From: Antedon mediterranea
Lineage: Eukaryota; Animalia; Echinodermata
DNA length: 64,000 bases
Direction of reading: 5' to 3'
Assembly (NCBI RefSeq): GCF_964355755.1
Contig: NC_092673.1
Span: 9,300,001-9,364,000, forward strand
Part shown: piece after piece, positions 36,501 to 51,500 of the stretch
How positions within the stretch are numbered: position 1 is the first letter of the stretch
Layout: each line of letters opens with the position of its first letter
The notes under the pieces: generated by a model
The model's input: only the letters and a program-made list of their open reading frames with translations
The model's database searches: none
What the model was told of the DNA's origin: nothing
Made by a program: the position numbers and the translations under genes

Positions 36501-39500
36501 CGACATAAATTCATCAAATGACAAATCAAAGAAAACAAAACTTAGGAAGAAAAGAAATCAAATCATAAAGAATATTCATACTGAACTTAATAAAGAAAAA
36601 GAAGACACACTAAAAGAAAAGATAGCTGAAATTAAAAAATTCAAAGATGACTCAACAAGAATGTACCAAGCAGTAAAAACCTAAAACTTAACGAAAATAA
36701 AAGACTTGTGGTAGAAACAGAGTTCGGTATAACAACAAACGAAGAAGAGCAGGTAGAAATAATTAGCAAATTCTTTGAAAACGTCTATCACAAATCACAA
36801 GAAAAACCTATAAACGAAAACATTAAACCTATTGAAATGAAGTCTCCCTTTACAAGTGATGAAGTTGCCAAAGCAGCGAAATGCTTAAAAAATAATAAAA
36901 GCCCAGGAAGTGACCAAGTATACTCTGAAATGGTAAAATATGCACCTATAGAAGTTTTTAACCACATAGCAGAAATATATAACCAAACAGCTAATCTAAT
37001 AGTAACCCACCCTAAAAAACAATCAAAGAATAATAACCCAGGGTTGCAATTAGAAGATTTACGGTAATAATAAAGATATAAGTTTCTCTAGATTTCATTA
37101 TAAATCAGGCATACAGTATACTTAATTTATACACTAAAGAACTATTTGTTGGACTCGGCTGTTAGTCAATGTCATCAAATGATTTTTTTCAGTTTTCCTG
37201 TCTTTAAAATCGCCAGGATTACATTGTCCATGAATCGGCAATAAATGTCACCTCTTCCGGATCATAATTAGGTCATTGTTCTCTGAACCAGGGAGGTCCC
37301 TGTCTGAACGTAGCCTACAAAGTATTGTTCGTAAACCGACAATGCGTCGATTGTACTTGTAGGGTTGTCATCGCCTTAAAAGCATGGACAATGCACACAA
37401 ACAATGTATTGTTCGCTAATTAAATCCTATCTAAAGAAGACATCAATTTTTGTAGCTGCCCTACGCATATCGGTTATTTTAATTTGACCAGACATCCACC
37501 GACGAGAAGACATCGGGCCTGTGGGCCTCAGCTCATGCAAAGTTGAGGCTATCCTAGTTTTGGCGGCCTAGGGCCTACACTATGAAAACAACAATAAGGT
37601 TAGTTTTCCGATACTCTACACGTCGCTACTCATTTTCAAAACACGATCGCACGAGGTCCATAATAGGTGGTGGAGTAATTTTTGTTGCATGTTATCAAGC
37701 TTTAAATACTCTTTATTTTCATGTAAATCAATTACTAAATTACTGTCACCCAGGCAATGTGCATGGTATGCATGTATTAGCGCGTTAATTAATGGTTGGA
37801 TACCCCTGCAGTGGTGGACTGTTCCATTTTCGAACTAGTCTTCGCCGCACACGAGGCATGTCTAAAAATGACGCCTCTAATGTAATATTTGCTTTGAAAC
37901 GTAAATTTTACCGATTTATTAAATGATTTAATAAGTGGAATATTTATCAGTCTACTTTATAAAGCAAGTACATTAGGAAGAAATGTACGAAAGGAATTTA
38001 AGAAGCTTTGAATTTGCTATGCAGCGGCCGTAACCCATTTTATGTAGGCGGCCGAAACACGCTTTTGTTTCTTGGCCCTCCCGTCAGGAAAGCTGGTCCC
38101 CCCGTCGGGGAGTATTGACCATAATTGTCGGGGAGAAAAATTTGATCATTTCTTTTCTGGTAAAAAATAAAACCATATTAAGTGTACTACTGTATATTTT
38201 AAGTAACTGCGGCATTTCATTTTTGACGTACGTCGGAGGGTTATACACTTTATGCATGCTGACTGACAGCGAAGTAAACAGTATGTGGTACGCATTTCTC
38301 TAGTGGTGTCTCTTTGTACGAATCATTCATGGCCCGGCTGCAATTTTTTCGTACATAAGTTGGGGACCCCTCATGAAACGTCAGAAAATAAACATGAATA
38401 ATTCATTAGTTAAATTTTTTGTTCCGTGTGCACCCAAGCGTATACACAACTGCGATACAATTCTTTCTACAGTAGGCCTAGGATTCTAGGTCAATTCACG
38501 TGATTGCCTTCGCGCACTCTTCTTCACACACACCACTATGCAAAATGTGTCGAGGCTAATCGACAGCTAGGCAAGAAACCAGATCAATAATGGTGCCGTG
38601 TCATGGATATTCAAACTAGGCCTAGTAATACCATTTACGAATTGTAAACAATTAAGTGAATCCAGTGCATCATTAAAAGATGGAGGGATACAGTTAGGCT
38701 GATCCCAGTTTATATGGAATTCCAGAGTTATAAATTCATATGAACAGGAACCAGTTCGTTCTTGAACGCAACTAGCTTAGGTGTAATGTCCTTTAATGTA
38801 ATGTCGGTGAGCCAGCTTTCAGTTAAAACAAAAATGTTGAATGTCATGAATGGCAAGGTACGCAAGCAGTTCGATTGATTTGTTGCGAATACTCCTGGCA
38901 TTAAGTGTTATCCAACACAATCGCACTGCATTTCAAAAGAACTAGGCCGAAAGAAGTCGTACACAAAAGAATGTCCACCAAATACCTTTGTTGTACATTG
39001 AGTAATGATTTAAAATAAAAAGCGTTGAAATTCCAACAAAAGGCTTTGTTTAGCAGCGTTTAAATGTAAATAAGAAGTGTTGACATTCCACCAAAAGGCT
39101 TCGTTGTAAAAACGGTTGAAATTCCACCAAAAGGCTTCGTTGTAAAAACGGATTGAATTTTCACCAAAAGGCTTCGTTGAGTTGATATAATAGGCCTATA
39201 AAAAGCTATACAAATTCCACGGGAAGACTTTGTTGCATTAATAAAAGCGTTGAAATTCTACAAATGGCTTCGTTGTAATAAAGCGTTAAAATCCACCAAC
39301 TGGCTTTGTTTAACCTGGTACAGTAAAAAGTAAGTAAGTACCACTTAGAAACGTTAGAAATGTTATCAACCCACAAATAGTTCGGTTTTTTATGAAAATT
39401 GTATGAAAATGTGTGGTTGATTAAAGAGTCGTGCAGCTGTGTTAAATAGGATTAAAAATGCCACCAACTTTACATTAAAATCTGTGCGATGAATAGCAAA

Positions 39501-42500
39501 ATGTCCACGTGTAACGTTACCATAAAAAACTAGGGTATTACTATTACAGCACAAAAAACTAAAAATAACTCCACTGGTTGAGTAGTGAAAAAACTTAGGC
39601 TCCGAGAGTGCTCCAGACTGCCAAACGTGGAGGCTTGTGAGTCTGTTTTCATTTTCATTTTTCATTTTTTTAATAATATATAAATTGGGTATTTATTTTC
39701 CTTTTCAGAGTATGATGACTGGACTAATGTATAATAAACCAGATAATCCTCTGGACTATCTGCAAAATTGTATTACCAAAGCAAAAAACAGTGAGCAAAT
39801 TTGTTGGAACACTTTTGTTGATGAGGACTTAAGAGCTAACAAATCAAGTCCATTGCCACCGATCACAACTGAACCATTGGAACGTCAACCAACATTTACC
39901 ACTGAAACCTCCCCCTTCGATTTCCAAACTACCAGTCCTCTCCCGCCTATCCCTTCCAAGAAAATATCTTTACCAGCTAACTTGAGATATGTATTTGTTA
40001 TCGGTAAGTTATAACCATCCATCTTGGTTGAAAATTTACCAACCTTATGTGTCAATTAGGAATTGTTTCAGTTTTTTTGTAATTGGAAGAACCAGCCATG
40101 ACATTGATATCTGCTGTAAAAGTTTAAATAACAATATTTAATATTTAAATTAAAAATGTTTAATTTTTTGGCATCTTGACACCCTTTACTAAATGGGATA
40201 TTATTAATATTATACAGATATTGCCTGCTCAGAGGTGAAATATGTAGACCTTTCTGAGTGTAGGTCCCTCTGATGACTGTAAAATAATTAATGTTTATGA
40301 TTGCAATGGGGCAAATATTTTTATGAGTTGAAAGATGACATTCTTTTAACAAATAAAAATATTTGGCCCATTGCACGAATATAAAACATTTTTTACAAAT
40401 TATAGGTGATCTTTAAAACTGCAACATTCAAATATTTTCAATAATATTGAGAACACCAAATTCAGTGCGATCAAAAATTATTAGGATAAGTCATGCTGGC
40501 CATACAATTAAACAGATATATGAATTACTTAAAATTGACGGCATAGTACCAGACAAAACAACTATTAGGAGAATTGTTAAACATTACCAACCGTACCAAA
40601 AGCATTGGGGACAAGGCCCGCTCCGTAAGACCTAGTAAATTTCAAATAATACACATGAATATACTTGACAATGTTATGGAAGCTGACATTAGGCGCAGGA
40701 GCCCCGGATAGCGTTACGTTTGAAAACCCCAAAAAGTGAGGTTTTAAACCATTAGCGGCATGTGAGTGATTAATGTGTTTTACAGACGGTTTCAAGGACT
40801 ATCCTACCAGTGGGCTGTTCACTGGTCAAATGATTGACACTTTGTATCACCGTTTGTAACTGGAGCTGTGACGACCTTGCAAGAATACTAGGCCAGAATT
40901 TTTTATTGAAAAGTGCCTTGGTATTAACATGGAGATGGAAACAAATTTTTCTATCTTTCTTTCTAATATAAATGGGCACTATAGTTTCAAACTAGGCTTA
41001 GTCCACCAATTAATTAAGAATCGAAACCTAAATTAAAATTGTTGGTATTCTTTGGCCGTTGTTTGATTAATTACATCTTCATGCCATGTTTTTTTTTCTA
41101 ATGATTTGGCGATACGCTCCTATATTAATTAGGCCTACTAGCAGAGGGTTCGATGAGTTTTGAAAAGTTATGGAAATGTGGTCTAACATATAGCAATTCA
41201 GTTTTTTAAGGCCCTTCTTCCATGTCCGAGCCTTTGGAAATATTAAAAAGTTATATTAATATAATATATTCTGTGTTTTCATGTTTTAAGAAATTGTATA
41301 TCATTTCAGATGTTTCGCGCTTCGTCTTGTTGGCAATAGTAACTCTTGACTTCCGCTAGAACTTTCTATTCATTTCATTTTTTGTACATTATTAAAAAAT
41401 AGCATACAGAACCCCATACGGAACATACCCTGCTCTGAGAAAACACTTGTGGGCGATTCCCCGAATACGGCATGATGGAATAGCTTTGGAGACTTTGACT
41501 TTGGAGTAAATCGAAACGTCGAGCAACTCAACAGTTCTTTTCAGAACTAATATACCACAAACTTATATCAACAAATATGTAACTTGTTTAGCACGTTTAA
41601 AATGGATAGCAAAACATATTCAAAATAAAAAACCTGAATTATTTCAAACAGACAGCACATTAGTTCAAACGGATAGCACAATAGATAGCACAACAAATGG
41701 ATATAACTGTACTGTACATTATTCTATACGGATACAAACAAAAAAGACGAAATAATTATATCCATTTATCGTTATTAAATAAAAATGGATATCATAATAA
41801 TTATGATACTTTGTCCGTCTTAAAAGTTTTCATTGGTGAAACGTTGCCTGCTACATTTTTAATTTCCGAGTCCAGATCAGTATTGGTGTTGGTTTTTTTC
41901 TGCGAAACCTCTATGAAGAGGACAAGTTTGTTTAGGAATTGTTCCAGGGGCTATTTATAGGGGCTATAGAACCCCTATTAAGGGGACACTTTCAGAAAAA
42001 AAGTTCTATCACAAAAGTTCTATCACAAATCAAGTACGTGTTTCCAAGTACAGTACAGTGTTTAAAAAGAATTATTTCATTTCAATCTTTTTTAAAACAG
42101 AAATAGGTCTGTTTTGAATGGTTTTTGTTTTTTATTTGTTCTTTTCCCGTGTGTTACTTGGCAATACTGAGATATATTAGAAGGAAAATTTTGGCGGGAT
42201 GTTTGCATTGTCGCCCCTGAAACTTGTGACCTGAACTGAAGAATATGGTATGTTGTTAGTGCTGAATTCTGTAAATTTTGTGTCATATCAACTGAGAATT
42301 TGTACCATTTCTGTAGGCCCAACAGTAAACATCATCGTTTAGGGCCGCCAATATAATTGGCTATTTTTTCAATCACATTGTCAGAAAATGAAATTCTTAA
42401 TGAAATATTACATGTAAAAACTAAAACCAAATATAAATATATGTGATGTGAATATAACAATGGAGAAACTTTCATGGAGAAATAACTTGCTTATTTATAA

Positions 42501-45500
42501 CTAACTTATTTTTCCATGATATAACTAATGAAACAATGTTTAGAAAATGATATCATCTAAGTGATGTTTTACATATAACGTTTAACTTTTTTTTGTTATT
42601 CTCCATACATTCAATTCTTTTAATATAGTTCTTGTATAACACCATATCAAGTAGTAGTAGAAATTATTGTAGGGTTTTCTTATTATTCAGTCAATTCAGT
42701 GTTTCTATACAGAAAAGAGTAGTCAGTGGCGTTAACATCAATTAATTGTATAATTTGCACCCAAGGTCAAATAGCAAGAAACTCAGGTCCAGTTACATTG
42801 GTGTTCATTGGTCAATAGGAAATGAACAGCACACTTATGGGTGGTGACAAAGTTTAGTTATTGATAAATTGTCCTTGGGAAAAACACATTAGTTGGGCTG
42901 ATGAGTTCATAACGCTATCCGGGGCTCCTGTGCCTAATGGATGATGAGGCAACTGTTGAAAAGGTCTGTGATGCTATTATGGAAAGAACTGGTGACTATT
43001 TTACTCTATCTACCGTTAAAATGATCAGACGAAAACATCTTTGGGTTTCAGAAGGTGCAGAGTATACTGCCAACTTATTAGACTGGCCAATCGAGTTGAT
43101 CGATATGATTTCGCCATGACCTGCATTAAAATGGAGAACAATTTCATGATGTGCTATACTGATAAATGTAAAAATAAAAAATAAGAAAAACACATTTTTA
43201 AAAATCATGTCAAAATATTTGTTTATAAAATAAATACATTATTCATACAACAGGAAAATTGAATATGCTTGAAATGATAACCAACTCACTTGTATACCAT
43301 TTATTTAAATTGCCCTATACATCAAATTACTATTTCATACAATATTTGACCTCAAATGACTTAATAACAACTTTATCACAATCTCAGATCAATTAAAAGT
43401 ATACATAAATAATCATATTTTTGAATATGAAATACAAAGTAGATGCAAAGTTGTGAATGGGGCTAAGCTGTGAACAAGACCTTTAAACGCAAAGCCCCTT
43501 TAAATGAATAAATAATTAGATAAATAAGTAAATAAATAAATAAAATCAATAAAATGTACCATAATAATTTTAACGATAATAATAACAATACTGAGAATGC
43601 AGTGGTAATAACAAATGCTGTGAGAAAATCAAATAAAGAGGTTATCTATCAGTCAGGATATATAAATTGAAGATTGATTCGAAGATTCAAGAACTTATAA
43701 TTAAGGATAACTGTTAACAAACATGAATTTTATGTTTGAACATACCAACACTAGTTAACATTTTATTTTGTCGTTGGGTTGGTACTGCGTCCCACATGTT
43801 AATGCCTCTCTAATACTTTGTTAGCCCAATAGGGTCGTTTCGAAAGCAGTGCTTAAATTGTCTTTAGCCCTTGTCTCATAATTATGTTTAGAACTGTTTG
43901 AAAGAATCAAAAGTATTATATTGCTCACTTTTTTGGTTTGTGTGCGGGCAAATTTCATCCTTAACAGGTCTTAGAAACATAGAATTAAAAGAGAATTAAC
44001 ATAGTTTCCTGTTAAGTACGAGGATAATTCTGTTATTAAAGCCCGGTTTCCTGTCGACGTTGATCAACGCTATCATCGATAATCGTTAAAAGTTCAACGA
44101 CGATCGTATGTATGAACTATACAACCTGCCCTTGGTTGATATTGACGTTGCTATTGCCTCGATGATCCAGGGAGATCGATCTTTATTTGCTTTTGCCTTA
44201 ATTTTTTTCAAAGGAAAGTTTTTATCAATGTGTATGCATCATCTGTGCTTAGGACAGGTTGCCAGTTTCATTTTCCAAGTCTTCCTTAATGTTTTCGACT
44301 TGCTGGTGGAAATAAGTGCGTTTAATGAATTTTTTGTATTTTTGTTACGATTGAAAATATAGGATAGTGATCTTATAAATCTGTATAAAGAATTCCAGTA
44401 GTGATATTGTGATTATATGTAGAATTACAAATATATAGTATCAATGATTCAGTTTATTATTAATCAGGGGCAAGACAAAATTGGAAACAGTCAGGTTCAC
44501 ATGGCATTGAACATATTACGATATCCATAAATTATTATCCCTATTATAAGTCTAAAAAGGGCCAATCTGGGAAAAAATTAGAAATAAGTGGTTTTTAACT
44601 GATTTCTGTCAAATGGGCTATATACAGTATATCGACCAAAAAAAAGTTCCAGCTCATCTGGCCTGGGGAAAGCCGCCATTTTGGATTTTCCGCCCAAAAA
44701 TACAGGTTTTTGCTCATATCTCCTCTTTTACATCATGCATGGAAATGATTTTGGTGGCAAAGTGTATGTTTTGAGGGTCAAGGAATTTAAATACAGCATT
44801 TTAAAGCCCACTATAGACTGGAATATCCTCTCGCCTATATCCCAATGTGTCTTAGGGTATGTTTAGACTTGCGGCTTTACGGTAGAGTTATGTAAGCGGC
44901 ATATATTTTTTTGTGTCTGAAATAAGCCGCAGATTAGCGTTAGGGGGCTGTTACGCCGCGCCAGTGGCGTTAATAACCTAGCAGGAGAGGGCAGATTTAA
45001 TAACGCTAATCCAGTGATGCATCAGTGATTGATTTTAACCTTAACCAATGAAAAGACATGACCACAATTAGCAGACAGCAACTACATACCTGCTGTACCC
45101 TTTGACAGCAAAATAGCTATGTCAAATGTATTTTTCAGGTTTTCAATTTTAAAGAACAGTAAAGTTTTTTCATAAATTAAATCAATTAATCAGATAATTT
45201 TCCGTGTAATAATTACGTTTTAAATTATTTTGAATTAAATTGCAATTCTAGGAGTAGTAAGAAAAAAATCAGTATATTTAAAGGTAACATTATATAAATA
45301 AAAATAACAAAAACAATTTTACGATGTAACATTTCATGCATTGTCATGAATGTATACATAATAGTTCTATCTGTTTTGACCCGATGAGAGTGTTTTAAAC
45401 GCAAGGCATTGGAATGTTGATCGTTGTGTCTGAACACCTTGGCTTTTTTCCCCACGGATTACCGTACGCCTTGCGTAGATAACGCTGCCTTAACGCCGTG

Positions 45501-48500
45501 AGTCTGAACATACTCCTAGATTCCTCTATCAACTTTAGTGATTGATTATAAGCCAGTTTGTTTACATACAGTGGTAGTATGGTAGCTAAGTATCAATACG
45601 CAATTAACAAGGGACATCCTCTCATCTGTATGCAAATATCATAGATTGTTACTTGTTGTGTATAATACAATCCACTAAATATTTTTTCTAAATTTGTTAT
45701 GCAGTTACACAGTATAAAGATTTTTTAACAAATAATTAAGCATTATATCTTCTTTAGAACCAATGCTTGATCCTTTACAATTTCAAAATGTCCAAAATCA
45801 CCAAACCTTATATTTGTAAAAGAAAAACAAAAGAAAAATAAAAGAAATTTAAAAAAAAAGGAGTAAAAACAGTCACAGACTACACTATAATTATATTTCA
45901 TATTATAATACGCAATAAATAATATTAACTCAAAAGTCTGTGCGTGCAGACTAACCAGGATCTGGAATGGGCGTACTGTATGCAATGTTATAACCTTGCC
46001 ACCGCCCGAAATTTCCTGTTTTTTTTTCATTCAGTTGTAATTTTCGCCCAAGATTAAACAAAAGAAAAGACAAACCATTACTGTTACAACGATCAACGTA
46101 GAGAGATACGTGTCTGTAAATAAAGAGTTGAATGAATTGCCTATTTTCACATGAAAAATAAACACATTTTGATCCCTGGATGTAACATGATATTGACGCG
46201 TCTATCATACTCATACACAGCGAGTTTGGGCACAAACGATTCGTACAAAGGACACTGCCAGACAAACGCGTAGGCCTACCTATTGTGTATATATGCATCA
46301 AAAATGGAATCCCATGGTTACTTACAGTATGTGTGGCTATAGTATAGTGTATCATTATCATCATAGAGGATATGTGTTAAGAATAATAGTACACTAACTG
46401 TGGTAACTGTACTAGTACAGCTGGGGATGAAATACTGAAACTTTATTTATTTTATTTATTTTTTATTCACCTTATTTATATAGAGTGAACCTAGTGTATG
46501 CTGACAATCAAGGGTCCCACTTGATGAGTTATTCTAAGTGTCTGTGTGAATATAGTACATGCCCTATTTCATGAGTTTGAACTTCTACCACATAGTCTCC
46601 GGTACCGGAGTCCTATGTGTGTAGGAAGGACAAAACAAAAACTAAAATATTCATTTGTTGCAACTACAGTATTAAACTGTAAAAAAATAAATTTTGTTCA
46701 TGGGCCATAGTAAAAAGATGAATATATGATCTACTTTGTAAATTTAAGATGTGTTTTGATTTTTGTATTTTTTAAAATTTATATTTCAGTCCTGTTTTTT
46801 AAATTGCCCCATGTGCGATGAATAAAGAATTTGCATTGAATTGAAATTGAATTGATATATTATCCTCACAAAATTCTGAGTAGATTACACTTATTTTCAT
46901 TACTATTGCAATTTGTGGTGGTTCTTTTGGTATATTGATTGGACTATTAAACTACATTCACAGAATGAAAGATGGCGATTATTTTCTGATTTTCCGTTAG
47001 AACAAACAAAGTCTTTTCTTTTTCTTCAATTTCTCACATGGTCAACTATACTTGTTTGAAAGTAACAAATTCTGTTTTCAGGTGAGCCAGGTAGTAGAAA
47101 ATTGAATCAGTGTGAAAGGATGAGCTTGAGATATTCAGATTATCATCATGTATCAACAGGCAAAATTATAAGGAATCAATTCACAAAGAATCATGAAGAT
47201 AGCGATTGCAAAGAAATCAAGTCTCTTGTAGAAGAAGGCCAATTGATACCAGAAGTAATAAGATGTCTTTAATTGTAGTTTTTTTTTGTATTTTATTGTT
47301 TGTGTTGTACTGTATCATTTGTTATGGGCTTTTCTCCTCCTATAACTGAAATTCCTGGCTATTGATGAGATAAAATTATAATTCCCATTTCATTTGATTC
47401 AAATTTGTTCATATTTTGGTGCAAGAATAATACACACTTTTTCAATTTTATTTATAAAAAAAAAAAAATTCTACTTCAATTTTCACAACATACAATGAAG
47501 GAAGGGCATGTTAATCAAATACATTTTTCTTGATAGGGTGATGTATTTAAGATGCTGAAATCTGAGATTTTGGCACAAATCAACATCAGTCCAAATTTGC
47601 AGGGGTTCATCATTGAAGGATATCCTCGAACTATGGGACAAGTTCAACTATTTGAAAGTGAAGTAAGTATTTTAACATATCAATACTAGAAAAAAATAAA
47701 AGTACAATATAAATATTATAGTTATTACCTGTCTAATTGGAAACTCCCATCTAAAAAGTATATATAATATTTTTGCAATTACAGATTAATAATACAGAAT
47801 TAACTAGAAAGCCACTCCGAGAGTGCATACCTCCGCCTACTGTAAAATTCTCATACATAAGATTCCCCCGGGAAAAAATATATATATATATTTATATATA
47901 TTTGTGTGTGTCTTAATGCTGTTTGTGATTTAGGCTATTTTCACTACAAGCATGTGTATGCGAGTTTGGTGTAATGGTTTTGTAACAAGCCTTTCAATTA
48001 ACAATAGCTTCAGTTGACTAACAATAGCTTCAGTTGACTAACAATAGAACAGCAACGCAAAAATCAAACGAGTGAATTTGAAAAGAAATAGGTTTTTTAA
48101 ACTACTCTCATCAAAAAAGGTGCACATTAAATCAAATTATGTTTTAAAATTACAAATCACCAATTATAACTCTTGCCTCTTGTACAAAAATGAAGTTTTT
48201 GGACAAGTAGTTCTCGAGAAAATGCAATTTCAGTTTACTTGTTACTTTAAAGACTGCTCGCCGGCTTTTGAAAAATTCTGTCCTTTCTTTTAACACTAGC
48301 AGGTCTAAAAAGTATACTAAAAAGTGGTCCAGAATTGGGACCATGGTCCCAAATGGTCCCAAAATTTAATGGAATGGTCCTTGACCACATATCTATCTGC
48401 ATATTTATTTTGGTAAAGTGACGTAGGAAAAGGGCAGAGGATTACCGAACGCATCATTTGCAAAGACATTGGTCTAAAAAACACCTTTTTCGTAAAAATT

Positions 48501-51500
48501 TGCCGTTCTAACATAGACTAATGGATAAAGGGGAATTAAAAGGTGCCCCAGCTAAAAAATAGCGCTAATATCAGACTTGCAGTTCAAGAGGAAATAGAGG
48601 AACAAATTGTGGCTTAGTGCTATTATTATAGATAAGACAAAAAATCTTAAATCAATCTTTATGGAACAACTCATGTTTTGATAAAGGAGAATTTAAAGTT
48701 GAAAAAAATTGGTTGGTTAAAAATGTAAACTATGTAAAAGATATCGTGAACAAAGAAGGGAAAATATTAGAACTAGACGAATTTAACCATAAATATAATT
48801 TTAAACCAGACTTCTTATTATATCACCAGATTGTAAATTCAATTCCAAAGCTCTGGAAACAGAAATTAATTGAACAAGGTGTAGACACAACTAATGAAGT
48901 TGAATCTAAATTACAGACATTAATTTCTGTGAAAACGAGAAATTGTCATTATATCTATAAACACATTATATTAAAAAATGTTGAAGAGCCAATTGGAATT
49001 GAATCCAAATGGGAAAAGAAGTTTGACAACAAACTTGATTGGAAAAACCTTTTCTCAAATTTACACGACTGTACAAATGACACCAAGCTAAAAAATGTTC
49101 AATTTAAATTTTCATCGTATAATTTATACAAATACAATGCTCTTTAAGATGTCAAAGGTCAATTCACCAATGTGTAGTTTTTGCAAGGAAAGGCTACACT
49201 GCTACATATGTTCTTTGAATGTGATCTAGTAAAGAAAATATGGGAAAATGTAAAACAATATATGTATCGAAATATCAACAATAACTTAATTATCACCAAA
49301 GAAAGTATATGTTTTGGTTTTGGAAAAACACACAGTGATGCAAACATTCTAATTTTAATTACAAAGTGGTACATATTTAGTTGCAAAATCAAAGAACAAT
49401 TACTTAATTTTAATCACTTAATGCACATTTACCAAAAATACAAGGCAACCATATTATTATATTACAAAATGATTTTTATGAAGTGTATTTTTGAGATACA
49501 TTATTTTTTTTTTTTCTTTTAATTCATTACTCTCTTATTTTTGAGAGAGTATTATCGTGTTTCTTCTTATTTGTTTAATGGTTACGTTACCTTTATCTCT
49601 TAATTTTGTATTATGTATGTGTTGAAATGAAATAAAAAAAAAAACAAACAATTTCATTAAGATAGTCTCCCTTTTAAGCAGAAGTATATTTCGTATAATG
49701 TCTGCATTACTTTTGAAGGTTTTCTTTATATTTTAATATCTACAATTTAATGTATAAAACTTCTATGCAGTAAATGTATAGAGCACAAACCAATCTGCAA
49801 AATAATAATAATAATAATAATAAATTGAGTTTATAAAGCGCTTCAAAATGACAGAAACAAACTCTAAGCGCTGTGCATAAAAATAACATAAACATCAGCT
49901 TAATCTAAAACAATCAATACCACCAATTTAAAAATTACACAATAAAAAAGACAAAAATATATACAATGGGGAACAGTCTTAAAAAGACATAATGATTTGC
50001 ACCATTGCACATGAGACATAATGCTGCACCATCTCAAAATATCTTAAATGAGTTAATAATACTTATTTCAGTTTCAATCTCACATTAGCTCAAGCCCGGT
50101 CTTATTCACTGTTTACCTTGAGTCTGCCCTACGAGGAATTGGAACAATTACCAAACAGATATACCTCAACAGATAACATATGCTGATGATGTAGATTTTT
50201 TTAGTCTAAACAGCAAGCATAATGTAAACGAATTAGAACGCCATCTATCAACTTTCAACTTAAATGTAAATAAAGAAAAAACAGAACAAACGACGACGAA
50301 AAAGAAGACATACAAGAACAATGGAGAAACACGAAAAAAACTAGGATCGCTCCTTGGGACAGACAAGACATAATAAGAAGAAAACAACTAGCGCGTGTAG
50401 CAATGACCAAACTAAACTCGATGTGGTTTCGAAAAGATAAAAACAAATTAAAAATACGCATCAAGCTGTACAACTTACTAGTTAAAAGTATATTACTTTA
50501 CAACAAAAATGAAAAAATAAGGTTTTCACTTATAAAATAACAAAATAAATGGTTAAATTCAACCAAAAACCCATTGGCTGGCAGCCAATTTGACTATTTT
50601 TTTCTTTAAATTACAGTTTTTTTAGGTAAATACATTTTTTTTAATCTAGTTTTTGTTCATAGTGAATTATTATGTGTATATGTATATTAATATGGCATTT
50701 TCAACAACAATTTTTTTTTATAATATTTTTTTTAGGGGTACAATACCTCTTCAATGTAATTTTATCGATTTTTTTAGATTCTGATCTCAATGATTGTACA
50801 TACAAGAGGATATTCAGAAAATGTCAATATCCACATTTTTAAAATTATTATATTTATTTTTTAGTTTGGAAGAGCATCTCATTTGTTGTATCTTGAATGC
50901 AAGGATAACACATTGACAGACCGAAAGGAAATAAACCGTCACGGTGACGATACACGGAAGGAGATCTTTGAATCTAAGATTAAAATCTTTTCAGATAACA
51001 TATCTTCTATTCTTCAACATTTTCCGAAGGATCTTAAAAAGGTTTAAATGATTTTTGTTATTACAAGTCAACCGTAAATGGTAAACTCCAAAACTTAAAA
51101 TATAGTTTCCAAGGACCTATGCTCAAATCTGGCCAGATGAATAATGTTTTAAACTAATTTGTTATTATACTATTCTGCACAGTGTTTATTTCATTCCTTT
51201 GTTTTGTAAATATATTTAATAGAAAAAAGACTATAAGGAAACACCTTACTGAATGTCATATATTTTTTATGGTTGATTACTCAATAAATATGGTGCTACC
51301 TTTTAAATAAAGAAGTTTAATTGCATCGCATTGTGAATACTCTTGTTTATTGCTTTTTAGGTTGATGCAGATAGAGATGAGGATGCAATTTTTATGGATA
51401 TTGCACGAGTGCTTGACAACTGGTTCTATTCAACAAAAGCACCAGCAAATGGTAATATTAATATTAAACATTTGGAATTAAATGCTCTCAGAATGCATTA

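Noticed and set aside
39020-39310. ~36-bp repeats starting GTTGAAAT, resembling CRISPR repeats
   Set aside because: Mostly head-to-tail and degenerate, with no regular unique spacers; lies beside a LINE remnant.
42898-42940. CTGATGA as a second hammerhead core
   Set aside because: No stem II followed by GAAA; the downstream sequence is a TIR.
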